A DNA stretch of 64,000 nt from a virus: positions 45,946-109,945 of IMG/VR virus record IMGVR_UViG_3300038505_000007; one strand, 5' to 3'. Below the pieces are notes generated by a model. That model did not search any database. It was not told where the DNA came from and saw only the letters and a list, made by a program, of their open reading frames with translations. Of this stretch, positions 37,869 to 47,270 are shown piece by piece (positions within the stretch are counted from its first letter, which is position 1; each line of letters begins with the position of its first letter). The position numbers were made by a program, and so were the translations under genes.

Positions 37869-38831
37869 TTAAGTATCAGTCTTTATAGCCTCTATCTTTA
37901 CATGACCAGTCCAAAACGTTTTGTCGCTCTTAGCAGACCTAACTCTTATAAAGAGATCAGAGACACCAAGCACATAAGACACATCAAAACCAAGCGCGCT
38001 CTTCTCTGTGTACAGAGAGTGCCACAACCCTTGCTGCTGCACGTTGCTAGATTCTCTAAAAAACAAACCCATTCTCTTAAAAGCAGCTCTCTCGCTCCCG
38101 TCGTCAAATCTACACACAGCGTCGAACTCTACTTTCACAACACTGTTGTCGTCTATGGGAATAGAGATAGCAGTCACATAAGAAGTCGAGCTAGTGGTTA
38201 GCGACCAGGTCTCTGTTCTTAATCCAGACCCTGAGTAGCCCACATGCGTTTTTTGATGAAAATGAGACAACGGAGAAGTCAAGTCTGGGCCGATAGCTAG
38301 TCTTCCTTGCTTGTTAAACACAGCCATCAGTTGATTGTTTGTTCTTATTCTTAAATCGCTAGCGTCTAGAGTACCCAAAAAATTAACCAACTCGTTGGTG
38401 CCGCTGTTTCCATCTAAGCGCCAAGATATAGAGCTAGCACTCGCATTTAGCTCTGTTAGCACATAGAGAACTCCTTGGGTGGCATGCTGCTTAACAACAG
38501 TAGCTACGATACCGCCTAAAGGCGCGACAGTTAAGTTACCAGACGAGTCTGAATACAACTCTGTGCCGACTGCCCAAGGAGAGGTATCGACATCAAACAA
38601 AAAACCAAAGCAAGTCACATACCCAAAACCACCAGCAGGTATATCCGTCGCAGCTATCCCAAAGTTTTGGTATGCACCTGGATTTGCAGGCAAGACTCTT
38701 GGGTATATGGCTCCCATCTGATCTAGCCTTACTACTTTCAACTTAGGTATCAAAGCAGTAGTATTGTTCTCTACTAGCTCGTTAGTAGGTGCGTGAAGAT
38801 CAAGTCCTCTCAGGTTCTTGTGAAAAGCCAT
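37869..38831 (-). CDS. virion fibre-like protein (320 aa)
   Basis: WRLDGNSGT..NFLGTLD..DLRIRTNN module typical of fibres. Confidence 0.65.
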   Translation of the reverse strand: MAFHKNLRGLDLHAPTNELVENNTTALIPKLKVVRLDQMGAIYPRVLPANPGAYQNFGIAATDIPAGGFGYVTCFGFLFDVDTSPWAVGTELYSDSSGNLTVAPLGGIVATVVKQHATQGVLYVLTELNASASSISWRLDGNSGTNELVNFLGTLDASDLRIRTNNQLMAVFNKQGRLAIGPDLTSPLSHFHQKTHVGYSGSGLRTETWSLTTSSTSYVTAISIPIDDNSVVKVEFDAVCRFDDGSERAAFKRMGLFFRESSNVQQQGLWHSLYTEKSALGFDVSYVLGVSDLFIRVRSAKSDKTFWTGHVKIEAIKTDT

Positions 38832-38832
38832 A

Positions 38833-39060
38833 CTACCCCACTACTACTACATTTCCCTGATTATCTACGACTACAAGAGGATCTTGTGGTATATGCTGTC
38901 CAGACCTAGAATCAAATGTCATCAAGAGACTTCCTGCTGAGTTAAGCTCATGCGTCACAATTCTATCTGGGTTGAATTTTAAGGAAAGATCGAACTTACC
39001 TGTAAGGTAGTTGAACAGCAGTACTTCTTTATCTTTAACAGTCTTATCAAACACAGACAT
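38833..39060 (-). CDS. small hypothetical structural protein
   Basis: FNYLTGKFD motif; operon context. Confidence 0.55.
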   Translation of the reverse strand: MSVFDKTVKDKEVLLFNYLTGKFDLSLKFNPDRIVTHELNSAGSLLMTFDSRSGQHIPQDPLVVVDNQGNVVVVG

Positions 39061-39650
39061 TATGGACCAACCTTCCTAGCTCTTATGACTGACTTAGCTA
39101 TATTATACGTAAGAGCTATACGTTTTATCTCTTGGCCTCTAAGGAAGAACCTGGCTTCCACTACGTCCTCATCTAGGTCTCTTGTTATCTGCACATCGTC
39201 GAACTCAGATGGGACAAGCCCGTCCTCTGCCCAGTTTACAGCGTTGCCCCAAGGATCAACTCCTATGACTCTGTAAGCAACTGTTGGTTCTTCTTCATAT
39301 ACAGCCCTAGTGGTCTCTTCGTAAGATATCTTTGACCGGACCTGCTCTATGGCGAATATGACAGCATTATCTGCCACAGTGTAGGCACTCAAGTCTGACC
39401 TTAAGTGGATATGACCTAGAGGACCTACCTCTATAGTGTTAACGTCTAGTATTCTCTTTATCTCTAATTTAGAAGTAGGGGGCTGCGTGTTAGATCTAAT
39501 AATTATCTCTTGCTTTACCTTGAATAAACCAGAGTAGGCTACTTTCACTACACCGTCTTGTGTTCCATTTGATATAAATGGCTGCGGAGGAACCGCAAAA
39601 AAGCGCTTCTCAAGCATAATAGCCTTTCCCTGGTCATCTAAAGATGACAC
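39060..39650 (-). CDS. hypothetical structural protein
   Basis: GTG start, TAATG overlap with next gene. Confidence 0.65.
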   Translation of the reverse strand: MSSLDDQGKAIMLEKRFFAVPPQPFISNGTQDGVVKVAYSGLFKVKQEIIIRSNTQPPTSKLEIKRILDVNTIEVGPLGHIHLRSDLSAYTVADNAVIFAIEQVRSKISYEETTRAVYEEEPTVAYRVIGVDPWGNAVNWAEDGLVPSEFDDVQITRDLDEDVVEARFFLRGQEIKRIALTYNIAKSVIRARKVGP

Positions 39651-39709
39651 GTCGACCGCTCGACGCCAGCGTTATCACACCATGTATAATTATAACACAA
39701 AAGACAACA

Positions 39710-40162
39710 TTAATTATCTATATCGTTCACGCTATCTGATACTGGTATAGATCTCCAATACTCTATAGCCTCTTTCTCGCTCTTAAATCTTTGACTGATA
39801 GGCTTAGTAGCCTCTGCCGCCCAATCTGCAAAACTAGCTATAAGATCGTTATCATTGTTGTCAGCGACGGGTCTACTAGGCACCTGCGCGCTAGACAATC
39901 CTCTATTAGAGGCAGTCAATGTCTTAAAAATATCCAGCGTTCTTGACACTGCTTCGTCCTCAACAGAGGTCTGGCTTTGAACCTTGAATACCCTAGACGT
40001 AGCAGTACTCTTAGTTAGTACCTCTACTAGACCTTTATTTATCAAGGATGAAACAGTCTTGTTAACTACGTCAACAGGAGTATCCGGGTGCACCACCAGC
40101 TCAACTCCGTTGTCTTTTGTAGGCAGAATCTTTATAGAATACCCAGAGCCAGGCATAACCAA
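39710..40162 (-). CDS. hypothetical protein
   Basis: AAGGAG SD. Confidence 0.65.
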   Translation of the reverse strand: MVMPGSGYSIKILPTKDNGVELVVHPDTPVDVVNKTVSSLINKGLVEVLTKSTATSRVFKVQSQTSVEDEAVSRTLDIFKTLTASNRGLSSAQVPSRPVADNNDNDLIASFADWAAEATKPISQRFKSEKEAIEYWRSIPVSDSVNDIDN

Positions 40163-40166
40163 CTCC

Positions 40167-41075
40167 TTATGTTTCCGCTGCGCCGCTGCTTCCTCTCATT
40201 ATCTTCTTATACCGCTCAAGCAGGTCTAGCTCCATTTGATTTCTCATCATCTCTATCTCTAACCTTTTTCTTTCTAACTCTATTTGCTTCTCTGGGTCGT
40301 TCAGCGACTGATTAAACACAGGAAGATTCTGTGTTAGGTCTTGCCCCTCTTCGAGGGCTTTGCTGTCATCTTCAGGCTCTAAGCCACTTCCTCCTACTTC
40401 AAGCTCTTTTTCCGCGTACTCTTGATACAGATCTTGAGCGTTCTCGGGGACCTCATCTAAAGGCATTACACCCTCTAAAACAGCCTGAATCTCTTCATCT
40501 GTAAAACCATCATCTTGCAGGACACTGATAAGCTCGTCTCTGATCGGCATCTCTTCTTCTTGTATCTCCTCCATAGAGGGCTCTAAATCTTCATCACTCT
40601 CTTCTTGCTCTACATCCTGCTCCTCTGGCTGATCAGCTTCCATGTATTCATCCTCTTCAGGAGAGACGGCTTGTTCAGCTCCTTCAGACATATCGGTTTC
40701 TTCTTGTCCTCCTGATTGGGCCTGTAGGTATCTATGGTACTCTTCTTCTGGAATACCTAATTGCTGTAAAATAGCAGCGAAGCCATCTTCAGCCGGCACT
40801 CCCTCCTGTTCCTGTGGGACGCCTTCTTGCATCATTGTTTGCGCTTGATCTTCTTGCTGATCTTCTTCTTCGGACATAACAGACGACAAATCTAAAATAG
40901 AGCCTCTATTGTTTAAGACATACTTCTTTAGATCGTCTAGTTTTTTCTTTATGCTCTCAACAGATGCCTTATCTTGTTTTTTCTTCTTCTTTGGATCTTT
41001 TTTGAGAGGCTCCTTGCCTTCATACCTGCTGATTTTTCCATCTACAGTCTGTTCAACTATAATATCTTTCTTCAT
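40167..41075 (-). CDS. highly acidic hypothetical protein (possibly internal head protein)
   Basis: E/D/Q-rich low complexity; GAGGT SD. Confidence 0.7.
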   Translation of the reverse strand: MKKDIIVEQTVDGKISRYEGKEPLKKDPKKKKKQDKASVESIKKKLDDLKKYVLNNRGSILDLSSVMSEEEDQQEDQAQTMMQEGVPQEQEGVPAEDGFAAILQQLGIPEEEYHRYLQAQSGGQEETDMSEGAEQAVSPEEDEYMEADQPEEQDVEQEESDEDLEPSMEEIQEEEMPIRDELISVLQDDGFTDEEIQAVLEGVMPLDEVPENAQDLYQEYAEKELEVGGSGLEPEDDSKALEEGQDLTQNLPVFNQSLNDPEKQIELERKRLEIEMMRNQMELDLLERYKKIMRGSSGAAET

Positions 41076-41086
41076 GTTACACCTCT

Positions 41087-41923
41087 TTACAGATAATCTA
41101 TTAGATATCTCTTCTGATAATATCCTTTAGCCGCATCCATCTGCTGATCTATAAGCATCTTTAACTCATTTAATCTATTTTGCAAAAAGCTGGGACCAAG
41201 CGTTCCTACGCTCTGAGAAGTACCATCTATACCTATGCTCACAGAATTATGAGGAAATATGACTGGACCTAAAGTGGAAAGAAGCTTCCAAGCAGCGAGG
41301 TTCTCTATAAGAGAGACTAATAAAGCTGGAACCTTGTCGTTCTCAAAACCAGCCCTGTATTCTACGTATATAGCCCCAGGCCAAGAAGATATTATGCTAG
41401 CATTAAAAGCATGAAAAGCTAATCCAGCGTAAAGAGTAGCAACAAAGCTAGACAAAGTAGCGCCAGATGTCGGCACTATCTGTATTGTCATCTCTCTTGG
41501 TTGAACATGAACAAACTCAAGAGGAATATTTATCATAGCAGGAGCACCGTATATAGAGTTCCCGTTGTTAAAAGTGAGCTCAAGCTTAGAGACATCAAGT
41601 ATAGGCCCATGGTTTACTTTAAAATATCCAAAGCTCCAAAACATCTGATGCCTGCTATAATCATGCTGCTCTTTGAAAACAACTGGCGTTATGTATAGAT
41701 CTAGTACGTGCTCTATCTCAGAGATAGACTGATCAATGTAGTGCTGAATAGCGTCGTCTGTTATCTCCTCGTTTGTTAAGTAAGATCTAAGAGGAATACC
41801 AAACAGCACTGTAGCTCTCATCGAGGCAGGTGTAGGCAGAGGAAGATACCTAGTAGGAGTAGATTCCTGGTCTATCTCAAAAGCTGGAAAAGGAGAGTGA
41901 GTAGGTGTTTTTATTATTCCCAT
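41087..41923 (-). CDS. putative head-tail adaptor/neck protein
   Basis: Position in head module; YRAGF...VPALL..LI...AA and SIGIDGTSQS patterns typical of adaptors. Confidence 0.6.
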   Translation of the reverse strand: MGIIKTPTHSPFPAFEIDQESTPTRYLPLPTPASMRATVLFGIPLRSYLTNEEITDDAIQHYIDQSISEIEHVLDLYITPVVFKEQHDYSRHQMFWSFGYFKVNHGPILDVSKLELTFNNGNSIYGAPAMINIPLEFVHVQPREMTIQIVPTSGATLSSFVATLYAGLAFHAFNASIISSWPGAIYVEYRAGFENDKVPALLVSLIENLAAWKLLSTLGPVIFPHNSVSIGIDGTSQSVGTLGPSFLQNRLNELKMLIDQQMDAAKGYYQKRYLIDYL

Positions 41924-43843
41924 TTATCCCCCAATGTTTGGTTTTTTAATCTTTACATTCATAGCAGATGCGCCGCCTGGTCTCCTAATCACAGATGGCT
42001 TATCTGCGCTAGGCTTAATATCTGTGTCAGTGCTACTAGAAGGCATATTAGTATCTACGCTTTGTGGTCTTACTTGTGAAACCGTAGGCTGCTTAAACTC
42101 CTGTTTGGACATAGCAGCTCCAGCAGGCTTTGCCTCTACTGCCGACATCTTAGGTCGCTCTTCTGTTGACTTAGGAGTAGGAGCTTTTAATTCAGAGGTA
42201 GAACTATGAGACTCAGGAGCTTTAATAGCTTGATTCTGCTCTTTTTGAGCCTTAATCTGAGATATTAATTTGGAAGCTTTTTCTGGATCAGGTAGCTTGC
42301 TCAATACGTTCTGCATTCTTTTTTCATTAACATATTTCTTATGAGCTCTCCTGATCTCGCTGGGTATCTGGTCCTGAGATTTCAGCGCGGTCATCTGCAT
42401 ACCTTTTATCTTATTCGCAGCATAAGAGCTAAAACTAGTGTTGTATCTTGGGTCGTAGTCATTTATCGCCTGAAAAAGCGCATGCATCCCAGCCTCGTGC
42501 AGAAGAGACATGTCTACATCGCTCTTCTTAGGATCCAGGCCTAGTGTTTTTATGGCCCTGTTAGCTGAAATAGATATAAGCGGATAATACGTAGAAAAGA
42601 ACTTCTCAAATTTTGGATCTGAGGCAGGAGCAGGGCCTAAAAGCCTAGAGAGATCTCGCTTAGAGTGCTCGTCAAATGTAGCCATCTCTGACAAAGAAGT
42701 TGGCTTTTTAGCTTTTTGATTATATATCTTAGAGTACTCTTGTATGAAGTCTTGATTCTTTGACGCGAACGAAGAAACTGGATCAGACAGAAAACTCGCC
42801 TGCGTGCCAGAATCATCATCACCCTTTACTCCTCCGACGTGTTGAGCAGCCTCTTCCATTGATATAGAAGACGGTAAGCTTTGCGCGCCGGAAAGCACAG
42901 ATTGTATCGCTTCTTGTTTCTTTTGATTATATATATCCTTATATGCTTTAGATTTTTGATGAGCCTCAGAGTGAGCCTTCATGGCCTCCATTAAATGAGA
43001 TGGATTTTTCTGCCTCCACTCGTTCTCAAACTTCTCATCCATCTCCATCCTTGTTATTGGGTCTGCTGACTGATACTCAGCAGAGGATACCATTTCTTCG
43101 TACGCTCTTCTCTTATCAGCAAAGAACTTGTTTCTAGCTTCAATAGTAGAACCCTGATGAGCTAGGACAGGGTTTTTAGAGGGGTCTGCTTTTAATCTAG
43201 CAGCGTCTCTTGCTCTTCTTACCCACGGTATAGTGTAAGACCTATACTGTTTTAACTCTTCTGGCGTCGGCTGCGGGAACGAGGAGATCCTCGTCTTCTT
43301 GTTTTGAGTTTTTTCTTCGCCAATTCCGGAGTCTTTTTCCGAGTAAGACTCATCATCATCAAAGAGAGATTCCCCATGACCGTGTAGCTCCACACCAAAA
43401 TCTTCTGCCGCAGACTTCGCATCAGACTCATCAATGTCGTCATAATCAGCATAGGAATCATCATCACTTTCTCTTTTAGGGTCATTTTCTTCGAGCCATC
43501 TGTCTTCACCATCTTTTTTTCCTTCCTCGTCTATTACATGGAATCCCTCTGGGATTTCGCTTTCTTCATCTTGATTATACTCATCCATGTAATCACTGTC
43601 CTGGTACAGAGCTCTTTTTCTAGCTTTTGATAGCTCATCTAGTATCACAGCCGCTGCGGCGCCTTCTTGACCGCTGTTTAGTATGTAATTTTTAGCCTTC
43701 TTCATTGTGTGGTATATCTTATTAACTAGAGCCCAGTCTTTATCAGTAAAAGCATCAACACTCTTCTTCTTGCTAGAAGAAACAGCATCTTTTGCTCTTT
43801 TCCACTTTTGCTCATCTTTTTTAGATCTAACAAAGCCGGGCAT
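41924..43843 (-). CDS. 639-aa acidic protein containing an embedded FliA-like sigma-70 region 2
   Basis: YYPLI..SANR...VDMSLLHEAGMHALFQAINDYDPRYNTSFSSYAANKIKGMQMTALKSQDQIP. Confidence 0.7.
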   Translation of the reverse strand: MPGFVRSKKDEQKWKRAKDAVSSSKKKSVDAFTDKDWALVNKIYHTMKKAKNYILNSGQEGAAAAVILDELSKARKRALYQDSDYMDEYNQDEESEIPEGFHVIDEEGKKDGEDRWLEENDPKRESDDDSYADYDDIDESDAKSAAEDFGVELHGHGESLFDDDESYSEKDSGIGEEKTQNKKTRISSFPQPTPEELKQYRSYTIPWVRRARDAARLKADPSKNPVLAHQGSTIEARNKFFADKRRAYEEMVSSAEYQSADPITRMEMDEKFENEWRQKNPSHLMEAMKAHSEAHQKSKAYKDIYNQKKQEAIQSVLSGAQSLPSSISMEEAAQHVGGVKGDDDSGTQASFLSDPVSSFASKNQDFIQEYSKIYNQKAKKPTSLSEMATFDEHSKRDLSRLLGPAPASDPKFEKFFSTYYPLISISANRAIKTLGLDPKKSDVDMSLLHEAGMHALFQAINDYDPRYNTSFSSYAANKIKGMQMTALKSQDQIPSEIRRAHKKYVNEKRMQNVLSKLPDPEKASKLISQIKAQKEQNQAIKAPESHSSTSELKAPTPKSTEERPKMSAVEAKPAGAAMSKQEFKQPTVSQVRPQSVDTNMPSSSTDTDIKPSADKPSVIRRPGGASAMNVKIKKPNIGG

Positions 43844-43851
43844 AGAGACAC

Positions 43852-45279
43852 CTATTTCTTCTTAAATCGTTCTAACAACTCTTTTGGCAAGTGCTTAAAA
43901 TGATCAGCTGATAGATCAATTGCTGGCTTGACCTGTTGAGCCGGCTGCTCGCTCTGAGTCTTGGGCGCGCTGACTGGTTTGACTTCAGCAGGTTTGATAG
44001 GAGCTTGTGGTTTAGCTGCAGCAGCTGAGGACGTAAAAACAGAAGATTGAGTAATGTTTTTTATAGGAGCGGAGCTAGAGGGCTTAGTACTTGATGGCTC
44101 GCTATCTGGTTTAACTATATTGTCAGCTCTTATTCTGAAAGAAGACGTGCCTAATTCTTGTTTCTTAGGTTGTAAAGTTTCTTGACTTGGTTCCTCTATA
44201 GTATTGCCCTCGTTATCTGCAGGTCTGTTTGCTAGCTCTTTTGGAGACAGGTTACCTTGACCAAATTTTTCCGCAAACTTACTTTTTAGCTCATCTGGTA
44301 GAGCATCCATTATTTGATTCTTTTTTCTAGAGTGCTCAGGGGGATCTATTAGCTTGATGTCTGAAAAGAAGTGATCTGGTTTTTTCTTGGGAGCCTCATG
44401 AAACAAGAACTGAGCTTGTTTTGGGTTTTCCTTAAACATCTGTTTGACTCGGTTGAGCCATCTAGTGTTGTGCTCAGAAGTGTTCCACTCATTCATCTTA
44501 TTATAGTAAGACTCCATCGTTTCTGGAGTAAGCATATCTTGTCTTATATCTGCTACAGAGTTTATGGGGTGAAAGTCAAACTCATGCGGAACATACTTAT
44601 CCACGTCTTCTACGTCAACAATAGGTATGTATCCCTCGCCGGCATCTATTGATTTTGAGTGCCCTATTTGGAGCTCTTCAAAAGGATACCCACCAGAGAA
44701 CCTCATCTTTTTTGCATCGGGGTGCTCTGGATGCGCAGGCATCTCTAAATAACGATAGTCGGGAACAGACCTAGAAACACCATACTTAGACTGACCAGTA
44801 GACTTCCTAGGTCTCCTTCCTAGGCCTTTTGTTCCCTCTATGAGTTTTCCCGTCTCTGGTCTTCTATCTAACGTAGTGTAGTTAGATTCCCATGCCTCTA
44901 AAGGCACGTAATCCATGTCTAGTTGACCACCAGAATGAGGAGCAGCTCTCGCAATTAGGTGTAGTAGAGGTATGAGCCTAGATATATGAGCATCAGCTAC
45001 TTCGCGCTTCCCTCTCTTCAATGCAGACTTATACCTGCTCAAATGATGAGACACTGCGTCTCTTATCATCTGGGTGTCTTTATTGGTCAAGCTGTTAGCC
45101 CAACCAACCACAGCAGAGTTGGTACTCCTTCCCATTGAGGCGTGCGGGCGAGCCATCTTGTTTAGAGACTCTATAACATAACTAGTAAGCTCTTCATCGG
45201 ACGCAGATAAAATAGCCTTCTTTAACTCTAGATCGTCTGTCTTCTTAAGAAGAAGCCTACGAAGACTGCTAAGACCCAT
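43852..45279 (-). CDS. hypothetical protein (475 aa), Pro/Lys/Ser-rich C-terminal tail
   Basis: Long ORF, AAGGAGG SD. Confidence 0.75.
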   Translation of the reverse strand: MGLSSLRRLLLKKTDDLELKKAILSASDEELTSYVIESLNKMARPHASMGRSTNSAVVGWANSLTNKDTQMIRDAVSHHLSRYKSALKRGKREVADAHISRLIPLLHLIARAAPHSGGQLDMDYVPLEAWESNYTTLDRRPETGKLIEGTKGLGRRPRKSTGQSKYGVSRSVPDYRYLEMPAHPEHPDAKKMRFSGGYPFEELQIGHSKSIDAGEGYIPIVDVEDVDKYVPHEFDFHPINSVADIRQDMLTPETMESYYNKMNEWNTSEHNTRWLNRVKQMFKENPKQAQFLFHEAPKKKPDHFFSDIKLIDPPEHSRKKNQIMDALPDELKSKFAEKFGQGNLSPKELANRPADNEGNTIEEPSQETLQPKKQELGTSSFRIRADNIVKPDSEPSSTKPSSSAPIKNITQSSVFTSSAAAAKPQAPIKPAEVKPVSAPKTQSEQPAQQVKPAIDLSADHFKHLPKELLERFKKK

Positions 45280-45291
45280 GAGCAGCCTCCT

Positions 45292-45591
45292 TTAGTTCTC
45301 AAATATTCTAGCGACTTGGACGTATGCCTGTCCAGTTATGACCACCTGAACACCCGGTGTTCCGTCTAACTCGCCAGACCCAGAATTAAAGATCATGACC
45401 TCGCCTGAGGACATAGTAGCAGCAAGCACGCCGTCTACTGTAACAGTCACAACAGAGGAAGCGGCTCTCACTCTAAACGTAGAGTATCTAGGAAGGTATA
45501 GAGTGCCGCTAGAATTGGTTAGTTTTTCTTCCCAAACCTGACCAGACTCAGATGTCCTTATGGCCTTATTAGAAGGATTATTAGTGCGCAT
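45292..45591 (-). CDS. hypothetical protein
   Basis: AGGAG SD, upstream TGGTATAAT. Confidence 0.7.
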   Translation of the reverse strand: MRTNNPSNKAIRTSESGQVWEEKLTNSSGTLYLPRYSTFRVRAASSVVTVTVDGVLAATMSSGEVMIFNSGSGELDGTPGVQVVITGQAYVQVARIFEN

Positions 45592-45657
45592 AATATCTCC
45601 TGAGCTAAAAACAGCTCATAATATTATACCACTTCCTGAACTATAAATAATCGGGAA

Positions 45658-46482
45658 TTAATCTTTAACAGGCACCTTCATTTCTTTTCTTGCGTCAGGC
45701 TCTATCAGATTGGTCTTGGACCTAAACTCTGCACCACATTTCTTGCATTTAAACTTTTGATATTTACCTACTTTTGTGTAGTAGAAGCCATTTTTCTTTA
45801 ACTCAGTAGACCCACAGGAACACATGTGCTCGTTGTCTTTATTAAATAAAGACCAGTTGATAGTTGGGGCCCAGGGGGCAAGCTTTTTATAAAGCTCCTC
45901 TAAGGCTAGAACATCATGCTTGTTGTATTCTTCCATTTCTTTAAATGCCTCAATATTCCCTTTCATACACTCACGCCACATCTCAAAGCCTTGGAACTTT
46001 TTAGGCTTAAGCTTCTTATAAGACTGGCAAAGCGTATTAGAGAGGTACTCTAGCCTATTAGAAGTAAAATCAAAGTGCTTTTTAGCTATCTCTTTTGTAT
46101 CTATGTGTTTAAAGGAAGAAGGCGGCTGAAAGCCATTTATGATAAATCTTGCGTTTAGCTTTCTTTGATCAAATCTTTTCCCATTCTGGGTTATAACAAC
46201 ATCGGCTTTATCCAGTAACTCCCATATTTGTTTAAGCAAGTCTGAGTCGTCTTCTATGTTCTTAGCATGTCTTTGATCCATGTACATGATCTCATCTTCT
46301 GGGGAATTAAGCCATTTGGCGCTCCAGCTCAATATAAACCAGTCGCTTATAACATGGTTTAACTGAACCTCTTTATCCCACAAAGACCAAACATAGGCAG
46401 ACAAAGGTGCAGTCTCAATATCAAAGACAAGAACTTTAGCCCCATACTTGGGGGGATCAAATATCTTCACTTTTTTAGACAT
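45658..46482 (-). CDS. DnaQ/RNase_H_2-like 3'-5' exonuclease with C-terminal Zn ribbon
   Basis: VFDIETA, NGKRFD, YNKHDV; CSCG...CKKCG. Confidence 0.85.
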   Translation of the reverse strand: MSKKVKIFDPPKYGAKVLVFDIETAPLSAYVWSLWDKEVQLNHVISDWFILSWSAKWLNSPEDEIMYMDQRHAKNIEDDSDLLKQIWELLDKADVVITQNGKRFDQRKLNARFIINGFQPPSSFKHIDTKEIAKKHFDFTSNRLEYLSNTLCQSYKKLKPKKFQGFEMWRECMKGNIEAFKEMEEYNKHDVLALEELYKKLAPWAPTINWSLFNKDNEHMCSCGSTELKKNGFYYTKVGKYQKFKCKKCGAEFRSKTNLIEPDARKEMKVPVKD

Positions 46483-46530
46483 ACTGTCTCCTTTAATGAC
46501 TGGATTATACCTATAAAGATAAAAGGAACT

Positions 46531-47220
46531 TTATAATCTTTTTGATATAGCGTCCAATATATTGCTAAAAACCTGCTCTTTTGTTTGATCTTTTTCTACT
46601 AAGATGTGCTTAGTCTTCCAATGAGGAGCCATTGTGTGCATCTTTCTAGAGACTTCGTTAAAAAACTCTATACCAAGATTCTCTATGTGATCTCCTCCTC
46701 TATGTTCTGTGTTTGATCTCTTAGCTCTATCTAGCGCCCAAGATGGATTATTTGTATCAAGAACAACTATCAGATCATATATATCTAATAATGAAGTCAG
46801 GTATCTATCAGATCTAGGAGACAAACGATTTAATTCTCTTGTTACTGTCTTGTCTAGATCTTCAATAAAATTGCTAGAAACACCTAAAGCAGCAGAATAA
46901 ACCATTCCGCTTAGAGCGCCTCTGTCTTGTATCACGTAGTCATAGTTATTTAGTATGTCTTCGTTTATCTTAATATAATGAGATACTCTACTAGAGAGGA
47001 AGATGAGCTCTCTGGTGAGATTGTTAATGTTTTTTGCGTTTTCTCTATTTAAGATGCTATCCTTGATAAAGGAACCTAACCCGAAATTATTAAAATCTGT
47101 CTCTTTAGTGACATAGACTTTATAACCTTTACGCTCTAGATAGCTAGCAAGCATGTTTATATGTGTTGTTTTTCCTACTCCATCTATACCTTCAAAACAT
47201 ATATATTTAGCTCTCTTCAT
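46531..47220 (-). CDS. tmk: thymidylate kinase
   Basis: FEGIDGVGKTT P-loop, VTKE, R..H, VIQDR; likely start ATG 47220. Confidence 0.85.
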   Translation of the reverse strand: MKRAKYICFEGIDGVGKTTHINMLASYLERKGYKVYVTKETDFNNFGLGSFIKDSILNRENAKNINNLTRELIFLSSRVSHYIKINEDILNNYDYVIQDRGALSGMVYSAALGVSSNFIEDLDKTVTRELNRLSPRSDRYLTSLLDIYDLIVVLDTNNPSWALDRAKRSNTEHRGGDHIENLGIEFFNEVSRKMHTMAPHWKTKHILVEKDQTKEQVFSNILDAISKRL

Positions 47221-47270
47221 GAAGAAGATTATACTAAGCCAACAATAAAGCGAAACAGTCAAGCAAGCTT

